This document shows positions 19,870 through 27,840 of a stretch of 64,000 bases of DNA, piece by piece. The DNA comes from Bacteroidales bacterium UBA6248 (GTDB taxonomy: Bacteria; Bacteroidota; Bacteroidia; Bacteroidales; Lentimicrobiaceae). Every line of letters begins with the position of its first letter. Within the stretch, counting starts at the first letter, position 1. A program made the position numbers and the translations under genes. Location of the stretch: contig DJVU01000081.1 in assembly GCA_002441345.1 (NCBI GenBank), positions 11,886-75,885 on the forward strand, given 5' to 3'. The notes below the pieces were generated by a model that was not told the origin of the DNA, ran no database searches, and worked only from the letters and a program-made list of their open reading frames with translations.

Positions 19870-21099
19870 TCAGCGCCTCCAGTTCGACACGGCTAGATGC
19901 CAGGGATTGCGGTATGTATCGGAACGTATAAGAAAGTAATCGGCCGGGCTGCCGGCAGGATACTCAAGATTAAACAGAAAGCGAAGTGAAAGCGGATTTC
20001 CTGGTTCTCCGTAGGTCCATTGTTCGGAGGTGCTGTTACGATATACAATATTCGGGGGGCCATAAACGATATAGATCATCCCCCGGTCGCTTTTCCAGCC
20101 CTCTCCGGAGATGGAATACAAGCGGTTGGCCTCTTCCACCCTTCCGTAATACTTCCGGATCTGGTTCAGCGCCCGCTCGGAATGCCCCGACAAATTAACC
20201 CAGAAACGGTCTACGGCCGCCCGTGAAGGCTGATTAAACAGTTCACGGTATTCCGTATCGGTTGCGATATACCGAAGTGCTTCGCGCATCTGATCGGTGG
20301 AGCCGATTTCCGGGAAACCGTCGTAAAACCGATACAACACAAGCACCGGCTGGTTGCCCTGGCTTATCACAAAGCGCCCTGTTCCGGGAAGTGCAAGAAC
20401 GGGAGAAGCATACAGAGAAACGGCAACGGTAAAAGAAGAATCGGATTCGGCATTGTACAAGCCGCTACCGGATGAATGAGGTGGAGATGCCGGAGGTAAT
20501 TTGCCTGGAATGCGTCGTATGGTGAGGTCTCCGTTATACCCGCTGGTTCGGATTCGAAACCGCTCATTCCTCCAGATGTAATTACGCATCAAAGGCAGCC
20601 CGTTCTCATCCACGGCCATGAAATCATTGATACCCGGAAACTGCCGCTTGCTTAATGTCAGCAGGGACGTATACTCCTTTCCGGCATTTACATCCTCCAG
20701 TGTAACACTCAGGATATAGTCTTTTCCCCTTGGCGCCATAACCATTACGGAGTCATAAAAATACCCTTGAATTTTGAGCGTGTCCTGTCCTGAAAACGAA
20801 GCAGAGTCGCTGATGGCAGCCATTTCATAACCGGCATACAACTGATAGTGCATGCGGAAAGAGGCTGTGGTTTTTCCATCTTCTGTCAGATACCTCAGGT
20901 TATCATACGGAAACCGCACATACAGTCGTGTGATGCTGTCGTCCTGATTAAACAGCTCATACGACAGTCCCGGCATGCGCAATTCAGGCTGGTACTGATC
21001 GGCCATATTGCGATAGGCAAGTCTTGCCGGACCTTTACAGGATCCAAAAAGAGCAGCGGCAATCCCTGTAAACCATATAATCCTGCTAATTCTTTTCAT
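19870..21099 (-). CDS. GWxTD-domain lipoprotein
   Basis: Lipobox FGSC; FW...YYGRVEEAN; GWKSDRGMIYIVYGPP; EQWTY. Confidence 0.85.
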   Translation of the reverse strand: MKRISRIIWFTGIAAALFGSCKGPARLAYRNMADQYQPELRMPGLSYELFNQDDSITRLYVRFPYDNLRYLTEDGKTTASFRMHYQLYAGYEMAAISDSASFSGQDTLKIQGYFYDSVMVMAPRGKDYILSVTLEDVNAGKEYTSLLTLSKRQFPGINDFMAVDENGLPLMRNYIWRNERFRIRTSGYNGDLTIRRIPGKLPPASPPHSSGSGLYNAESDSSFTVAVSLYASPVLALPGTGRFVISQGNQPVLVLYRFYDGFPEIGSTDQMREALRYIATDTEYRELFNQPSRAAVDRFWVNLSGHSERALNQIRKYYGRVEEANRLYSISGEGWKSDRGMIYIVYGPPNIVYRNSTSEQWTYGEPGNPLSLRFLFNLEYPAGSPADYFLIRSDTYRNPWHLAVSNWRR

Positions 21100-21209
21100 T
21101 GCGCATCTTTAGTAAGTGAATTCCGGAAGCCGCACAAGGCGGCTGGTAAAGTTAACGAAAACCCGTGAATAAGCAGCGAGGCATTGGGCTCTGCCACTGC
21201 AACTGCAAT

Positions 21210-22274
21210 CTAACTTACCCGAAGCCTGCTGCCAATACGAAGAACCTTTGCAGAGCTGATTCCGTTCAGTTTACAGAGCCTGTCCACAGAAGTGCCGTAT
21301 TGCCTTGCTATTTTCGAGAGGGTATCTCCGGACCGGATAGTGTGATAACGGCTTCCTTCCTGACTGTTGCCGGAAGAGGCAGTTGCTGCCGAATTACCTG
21401 AGCGCCAGAAGGAACGGGTAATCAACAGGGTATCGTGCCGCAGGGTATAATTTTCGAAATCGATGATACGTTCAGGGTTGAAGTGTTCGCCTCTGAAACG
21501 AGTTTCGAAATGCAGATGGGTGGTGGTGGCACGACCGGTTCTTCCTCCAAGTCCAATCGGATCGCCTGCTTTCAGTTCCTGATTGACATCTGCTATAACT
21601 TTCGAAAGATGGCTGTAAACGGTTTCCAGCCCGTTATGGTGCCGTACAACCACCATCTTTCCATAACCGCTCATTACCCGGGCAATTCTGACTTTTCCAT
21701 CAAACGCATTGTAAATGGTATCGCCCTGTTCAAGCTTAATATCGATGCCGGCGTGAAAACGGGATCCTCTGTATCCGTATCTTGAAATTACCTTTCCCTT
21801 AAAGGGAAAAACAAATCCATTTTCGGCAGGATTATTCAGAAGAAGAAAAACCGAGTCGGCCATATTGGCAACATCGCTCTTTCCGGTACGAATGTAAAGT
21901 GTATCCCAACGATTATTGTACAACACCTCATGAGGCACAAAAATCATATCACCGGGCACATAGGGTCCATCCTCCCCTTCCGGTTCGGTACCGGAAAACT
22001 CATCTTCTTCACATTCTTCTTCCGGACTGTTACTCCCATTTGCATCCGGGAAGGGTATCGGTTCATGCAGAAAACCGGGAGGCTCCTCCATATAAAAGGA
22101 ATTCGTATCTATTGTAAATGTTTGAGCATGAAGCGAAACCGGAACTACCAGAAGGAATACGATAAGTACCGGCAACATGGCACGAAAAAAGAGAAGAAAT
22201 CCGTTCGGTATGCGTTTTCCGGATTTCGGGGAGAATACTGCCGAGTTTTCGATTAGTGCCGGATTAATTTTCAT
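21210..22274 (-). CDS. M23-family peptidoglycan endopeptidase with C-terminal LysM domain
   Basis: HAGID (HxxxD), YSHL, HLHFE; LysM HTIRSGDTLSKIA; TATTTTTG promoter just upstream. Confidence 0.93.
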   Translation of the reverse strand: MKINPALIENSAVFSPKSGKRIPNGFLLFFRAMLPVLIVFLLVVPVSLHAQTFTIDTNSFYMEEPPGFLHEPIPFPDANGSNSPEEECEEDEFSGTEPEGEDGPYVPGDMIFVPHEVLYNNRWDTLYIRTGKSDVANMADSVFLLLNNPAENGFVFPFKGKVISRYGYRGSRFHAGIDIKLEQGDTIYNAFDGKVRIARVMSGYGKMVVVRHHNGLETVYSHLSKVIADVNQELKAGDPIGLGGRTGRATTTHLHFETRFRGEHFNPERIIDFENYTLRHDTLLITRSFWRSGNSAATASSGNSQEGSRYHTIRSGDTLSKIARQYGTSVDRLCKLNGISSAKVLRIGSRLRVS

Positions 22275-22436
22275 CGCCGCAAAAATACTACATAATGAAA
22301 TATGAACCACAAAGTACGCATCCGCATATTAAACCACTGCCTGTTATAATAAGAACCGGTCTGTTCAAAATACCTGTATTTAGCAATGTTAAAAAAGCTA
22401 CAGGTGGTAAAAACCATGAAAGTACTGTAATAAAAC

Positions 22437-22466
22437 ACCGAAAGCCGGATACATCCGGCTTTCGGT
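22437..22466. terminator. Strong hairpin downstream of the FadL-like gene
   Basis: Perfect 14-bp inverted repeat ACCGAAAGCCGGAT-AC-ATCCGGCTTTCGGT. Confidence 0.7.
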
Positions 22467-22483
22467 ACGAAGGTTTCTGTTGA

Positions 22484-24090
22484 TCAGAAACTCAGATCTA
22501 CTCCGAGGGCAACAGTAAATGCCTTACGGTTATATGTTTCGGTATAGGAAGGAACCTGCGTTGTTCCCGGAAAAGTTCTTTTGTCTTCCTGATAGAACGT
22601 ATTCATTGCTCCCAGATTGATTCCGATTTTTTCATTCACGGCATAACGCAGACCGGCAGCTATGCTGTTGGTGGAGAGGCTGTGATTCAAATCGGTTTGG
22701 TAGATATCCATTACACCTGTTTGTGTACGAAGATATCCGGCACTAACCATCAGATTTTCGGTAATTCCGTATTCCAGGCCAAGGGCAAATTCCCAGAAAT
22801 TTTTGTCTATAACCTGGTCATTCTTAACAAATTCATTATTAAGCTTCTTACCGTATTCAGCCGATTTATCGAAGTAGTAATGCACTCCTGCACTTACTTT
22901 GAATTTGGATGTGGCATCAAAACCAATTCCGGCAGAGAGTACGGCAGGCATATCGCTAGGCACTTCATCCCCGTCAGGGTAGAGTCCGACATCATCAACT
23001 TTAGTATCGTTTTTCAGTCTAACGCTGACCATGTGTTCGTACTTAAGTCCAATATTGAAACGCTCAAAATTCAGATTCACTCCGATCATGGGAACGATTC
23101 CTGAACCTTTCTGGGTTGCATCCACTTCTTTATCGGCTGTTGCTCCGGCATAACCTGCCATTGCCTGATTCTGAGCAACAAAAACGGGAGTTGCCACAGC
23201 GTACGCGCCCTGAATCTGTTCAACCGACAAAGTCATGGGATCAATAGTAGGATTGATGAGGGCGAAGCCACCAGCGATTGAAGCTACATCTTCGGATGTA
23301 AGATATCCGGCCTGCTGTGCCTGAGCCAGGGTAAGGCTTCCGCCACCTCCGGCGACCAGGGGTTCAAGCGAACCGGCTATACCTGCAAGTCCCTGGAACA
23401 TACCCGCCATGGCATTGAAAAAATTAGGGGCAGGTACCATCGAGCCGGTGAAACCAAGAATTGGAAATGCCGGGTTGATTTGAATGTTTTTGAGGTATCC
23501 CTGATAATGGTTGTTCATCATCACGTAACGCAGACCGGCGCTTACCGATACAAGTCGTTAATTTTGTAGCTTACTCCTCCCTGGATGCCATAAAAAACGG
23601 ATTTACCTTCAAATTCGGTGTCAAAGCTGTAACTGCTTGTCGGTATACCGCTGGCGGAAAGAAGAGCAGGCAATCCAGCCACCTGCATTTCAAAGGATGG
23701 TAGTCCATCGGCAAATTTTGCGCTGCCACCACCTCCTATGGGATTAAAACCCAAAGAAAAAGCAAGGCGGTCTTTCTTATACACTGCATAAAATGAAGGG
23801 AAAAATGGCGCTACCACTTCACCTGTGAATTCCGAACGGTTAAGTCCCGGATATGTTGTCCCGATGGTTCGGGTTTGCGTTACATATTGATTATTGAGCG
23901 ATAGATGGAAACCATCATTAAGCCAGACCAGTCCGGCCGGATTGTAATAAACAGCATCCAAACCAAGGGAAGCATCGCGTGCCGGCATTCGGATGAAGGA
24001 AGCACTCTGATTGGAATTGTGAACAATTCCACCGGCCATTGCAGGAATAACAACGGCAATCAATAAAATAACCAGTAATGTTCTTTTCAT
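22484..24090 (-). pseudogene. FadL/OmpP1-family outer-membrane transporter split by a 1-nt frameshift near 23550
   Basis: N-part has signal peptide, NSNQSA and DAVYYNPAG; adding 1 nt restores KINDL-VSVSAGLRYVMMNNHY and joins it to a barrel ending GVDLSF. Confidence 0.85.
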
Positions 24091-24283
24091 AGGTTGAAGT
24101 TTTGTTAAGGGTGAGCGAAAATATGCCAATATGAACATACATCAAAACTATTAATGCGTATATCCTGAAACCAACTGCAGCTTATAGGCTTAAAAAACGA
24201 CCTAAGATAAGCAAACTAATTTTAATTTGTTGCAAATCAACTTTTAACATCGCTGTGCAGCTAACCTTAAATTTTCCTTAAAT

Positions 24284-24964
24284 CTATTCGAGCTGCCAGT
24301 TTACCGGTGTAATAGAGTGTTGAATCAGCAGTTGGTTGGTAAGCGAGAAATGCCTGCAGCCGAAAAATCCCCTGTAAACGCTGAGGGGTGAAGGATGCGG
24401 AGCTTCCAGAATATAATGCTTTGACTGGTCGATTATTTGCTTTTTATTCCGGGCATACTTCCCCCAAAGAAGAAACACAAGATGTTCGCGGTTTTCTGAG
24501 AGTTTTTTTATGACGGCATCGGTAAAATCTTCCCATCCCCTTCCCTGGTGAGAGCCGGCCACATTTGCGCGAACGGTCAGTGTTGCGTTCAGCAACAACA
24601 CTCCCTGGTCGGCCCATTTTGACAGGTTTCCGCTTAAAGGGTAAGGATAACCCAGATCGGTCTGAATCTCACGCAGAATATTCTGGAGGGATGGTGGAAA
24701 TGCAATCCCGTCCGGCACCGAAAAACATAAGCCATGGGCTTGTCCCGGGCCGTGATAAGGATCCTGGCCCAGCAGAACAACCTTTACCTGGTCGAATGGT
24801 GTACGGTTAAAAGCTTCAAAAATTGATGCACCGGGAGGGTATACGGCGTACTTTTTCTTTTCCTCGAGCAAAAATGATTTTAGCTCACCAAAATAAGGCT
24901 TGACAAATTCCTCAGACAATACGCCTTTCCAGCTCTCGTGAATTCTGGGATTAATTTCAGGCAT
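24284..24964 (-). CDS. ung: Uracil-DNA glycosylase, family 1
   Basis: GQDPYH; AHGLCFSV; PPSL; GVLLLN; HPSPLS. Confidence 0.98.
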   Translation of the reverse strand: MPEINPRIHESWKGVLSEEFVKPYFGELKSFLLEEKKKYAVYPPGASIFEAFNRTPFDQVKVVLLGQDPYHGPGQAHGLCFSVPDGIAFPPSLQNILREIQTDLGYPYPLSGNLSKWADQGVLLLNATLTVRANVAGSHQGRGWEDFTDAVIKKLSENREHLVFLLWGKYARNKKQIIDQSKHYILEAPHPSPLSVYRGFFGCRHFSLTNQLLIQHSITPVNWQLE

Positions 24965-25073
24965 GAGGTATTACTTTTTCATTTTTTACCCATTAACAAT
25001 ATAACCTGTTAATCGAGGTTATAATGTAAGCACTTATCTTTGTACCCAATTCGTCTATCAACTGAGTAAAAGT

Positions 25074-25202
25074 ATGAAAAAAATCGTTTTGCTGCTGCTG
25101 GTCGCTTTTTCCCTTGGTATTATTGTTACATCGTGCACCTCAAGCAAAAAGTGTGCTGCCTACGGTGAAGCAAGCCGGTATAAGACAGAAAGAAATCACT
25201 GA
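25074..25202 (+). CDS. Small 42-aa lipoprotein (not in the ORF track)
   Basis: MKKIVLLLLVAFSLGIIVTSC-TSSKKCAAYGEASRYKTERNH; TATCTTTG promoter at 25035; own terminator. Confidence 0.8.
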   Translation: MKKIVLLLLVAFSLGIIVTSCTSSKKCAAYGEASRYKTERNH

Positions 25203-25224
25203 TAACTTAATTCTGTTAACCAAC

Positions 25225-25253
25225 AGCCTGTGAACCATTCATGGGCTTTTTTT
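25225..25253 (+). terminator. Intrinsic terminator of the small lipoprotein gene
   Basis: AGCCTGTGAA-CCA-TTCATGGGCT stem followed by a T run. Confidence 0.75.
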
Positions 25254-25305
25254 GTTGGATGCAGCAGAGGATTATGTATTTTTGTAAGTACGATATCCCG
25301 GTACA

Positions 25306-26070
25306 ATGAAAAAACTACTCTTTCCGCTTACTGCCATTGTGCTTATCCTGATCTGCCAGCCGGCGTGGTCGCAGCGAAACGTCGGGGACTTCGACAGCAT
25401 TGCCGACAATGTTCTTTTTCGCAAAGAGCTAGGCGGCGGAATCATTATCCATTCCAGCGGGTGGGGACTCGAATTCAGAACCGGGAGAAACCAAAGCATT
25501 TTCAACAAGCTTATGTTTGAAGTTAACCTTGCTGAAATGAAGGACAGTAAGGAAATCAAATCCATAAACCCCTTCTACACAAACACCCGAAGTTATTATT
25601 ACGGAAAGCTGAATACGGTGTACATCGCCAGAGCCGGAGTTGGTCACCAGCGCCTGCTCAACCGTAAACCGTATACCGGAGGAGTTGAATTACGCTTATT
25701 TTACTCTGGCGGAATTTCCACCGCGCTGGCAAAACCGGTCTACCTTCACATCATCAAGATCGATGAATCTACGTACCGTTACATAACCGTTACCGAAAGG
25801 TACGATCCAAATGAGCATTTTCCCGATAATATTTATGGCAGGGCTTCATTTCTGAAGGGCTTCAGCAATATAACCCCTTATCCCGGCGCATACCTTAAAG
25901 CCGGATTGAATGTGGAATTCGGAACCATCAACCAGCGGCCCAAAACCCTGGAGGCCGGTATCGTTTTCGATGCGTTTGCCAAACCAGTTCCCATCATGGC
26001 CTTTAAAGATCCTGACCAGTTTTTTCTTACCCTTTACCTGAGTTTAGGCATTGGAAAGCGATACAACTAA
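25306..26070 (+). CDS. Hypothetical exported protein, probable outer-membrane beta-barrel
   Basis: Signal peptide; alternating aromatic/Gly strands; TATTTTTG promoter at 25278. Confidence 0.7.
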   Translation: MKKLLFPLTAIVLILICQPAWSQRNVGDFDSIADNVLFRKELGGGIIIHSSGWGLEFRTGRNQSIFNKLMFEVNLAEMKDSKEIKSINPFYTNTRSYYYGKLNTVYIARAGVGHQRLLNRKPYTGGVELRLFYSGGISTALAKPVYLHIIKIDESTYRYITVTERYDPNEHFPDNIYGRASFLKGFSNITPYPGAYLKAGLNVEFGTINQRPKTLEAGIVFDAFAKPVPIMAFKDPDQFFLTLYLSLGIGKRYN

Positions 26071-26253
26071 CTCTTCTTTAAATTAACGCTTTCGCGGAAA
26101 GGCATTCCGGATTCCGCTTTCAATTACAATCAGTAACCAACACATAGTGTTTTCCTGATTCACTCCAGAATAATTCTGGCTTATTCATACAGCTGATTAT
26201 ATGAATTGCGCATTGCACGGCAATTTTAACAGTATTTACAACGAAACGACAGC

Positions 26254-26281
26254 AAAAAAAAGCCCCGGTAAATGCCGGGGC
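26254..26281 (-). terminator. Terminator of the T9SS cargo operon
   Basis: GCCCCGGTA-AA-TGCCGGGGC hairpin preceded by A8 (T8 on the minus strand). Confidence 0.8.
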
Positions 26282-26303
26282 AAAAGCTGTATAAGTTTAA
26301 GGG

Positions 26304-27782
26304 CTATCTTCGGATAATAAGCTTTGAAGTAGCCGAAACACCTTCGTGTTTAATATTAATCATATAAATACCATCCGGCAGATTCTCCAGGTCGAAATTC
26401 CTGATTTGTCCGGCGGTAATTTGCACCTGACGTTCGATTCTTGTTTTGCCAAGCAGATCGTAGATGCTTACTTCCGCATTTCCATAAACTGTGCTTTTCA
26501 TCTGAATATTTACCTCACCTGCAGCAGGAGACGGGAAAATATTTGCTTTTCCGAGAAGGTCAGCCGGATCTTCAACGCCCAAAGCTACACAACGGAAATT
26601 GTACGTATCACTCCAGGCAGACGAATCCCGGCTGCTGATGGCTTTCACCCTCCAGTAATAGGTGTTGGCGCTGTCGAGTACGTGAATGGGAACTTTAAAC
26701 AGCTCATCGCCTGCACCACCGGTTGCCGCAATGTTATAATGCCTTGCTCCGGTGAAAGCAGCATTGGCAGCGAGTTCAAGTTCATAGGTTTTCACACCTG
26801 AGATTTTTCCCCATGTAAGCGAAGGGGTTAGCTGGACATTGGTAGAGTTGTTAGCCGGAGTCTTCAGAACAGGTTTTGCAACGGTCGTAAAAGTCCGGAT
26901 TGCAGAATAGAGTGTATCTTTTGAATGAATGGCAAGCATTCTCCAGAAATATTGGGTACCGAAAAGGAGTGTATCGGGTTTAATACGGGTAAGATTCGAT
27001 TGAACGTTGTAGCTGTCGTAATGCTGTACATCGGGTTCAAGAGAAATCAGAACATTGTACTTATTGATACCGTTTACCCTTGACCATTGGAATTCAGCAT
27101 CCGGAACCACGTCTGTGGCATTATCGTTAGGTCTGCTGATGTTGAAGGTACTGGTTACCGTAAAGAAAGTCGGGTTTGTCCAGTCGGTGGTATCAAGGGC
27201 ATGACGTGCCCTGAGCCTGATGTAGTGACCTACGCCGAACAACAGATTAGCTGCATTTGTTTCCTTCTTGCTTCCGGCCACCGCAGTAATATAGGCATAA
27301 GGAGAATCAAACGTACTGACCGTGTCGATCTGAAAATCAAAATGGCTGACACCCGTTATGGCATCCCATTGAATCAGCACATTGGCATCCTGGTTATTGG
27401 CATTGTTTGAAGGGCGGCGCATCATGGGGCGTGAAACCACCGTAAATGATCTCACCTCCGACCAGTCGCTTTGTCCGGTCATATCAACAGCTTTAACTTT
27501 CCAGAAATAAGCTTCGCCAAACATAAGGTTCGACATTTCATACCGGGTAAGTTCCGTAGTGAATTCCACCGGACTGGTAAATGCTTCGTCGGTTGACAGA
27601 TGCAGAATATAATGAAGTCCGATGTTGCCAACGACTGCATTCCAGTCAAGCGTAACATTTGGAGCTACTCCGCTCTGGTTGTTATTAGGAGCAGTCAGTT
27701 CAGGGGTAAAGATGCTGGGTGAAGCGATCAATACCGGTAAACTGAGGGTTAAGATCAAGAATGAGAGAAATATCTTTTTCAT
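26304..27782 (-). CDS. T9SS type A cargo protein with four Fn3-like repeats
   Basis: Four repeats of P..N...L.W...Y.W.V.A...WS; CTD IFPSP...IYDLLGK...GIYMI...KLIIR. Confidence 0.85.
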   Translation of the reverse strand: MKKIFLSFLILTLSLPVLIASPSIFTPELTAPNNNQSGVAPNVTLDWNAVVGNIGLHYILHLSTDEAFTSPVEFTTELTRYEMSNLMFGEAYFWKVKAVDMTGQSDWSEVRSFTVVSRPMMRRPSNNANNQDANVLIQWDAITGVSHFDFQIDTVSTFDSPYAYITAVAGSKKETNAANLLFGVGHYIRLRARHALDTTDWTNPTFFTVTSTFNISRPNDNATDVVPDAEFQWSRVNGINKYNVLISLEPDVQHYDSYNVQSNLTRIKPDTLLFGTQYFWRMLAIHSKDTLYSAIRTFTTVAKPVLKTPANNSTNVQLTPSLTWGKISGVKTYELELAANAAFTGARHYNIAATGGAGDELFKVPIHVLDSANTYYWRVKAISSRDSSAWSDTYNFRCVALGVEDPADLLGKANIFPSPAAGEVNIQMKSTVYGNAEVSIYDLLGKTRIERQVQITAGQIRNFDLENLPDGIYMINIKHEGVSATSKLIIRR

Positions 27783-27840
27783 TTTTCCTTATTTTTTCGA
27801 ATTACAATCCTGAAGCCGGCGAAAGGTGCCAAGCGTTAAC

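Noticed and set aside
23542-23570. Programmed ribosomal frameshift or stop readthrough in the FadL-like gene
   Set aside because: No X XXY YYZ heptamer or obvious stimulator; the downstream half is in another frame, so readthrough cannot join them
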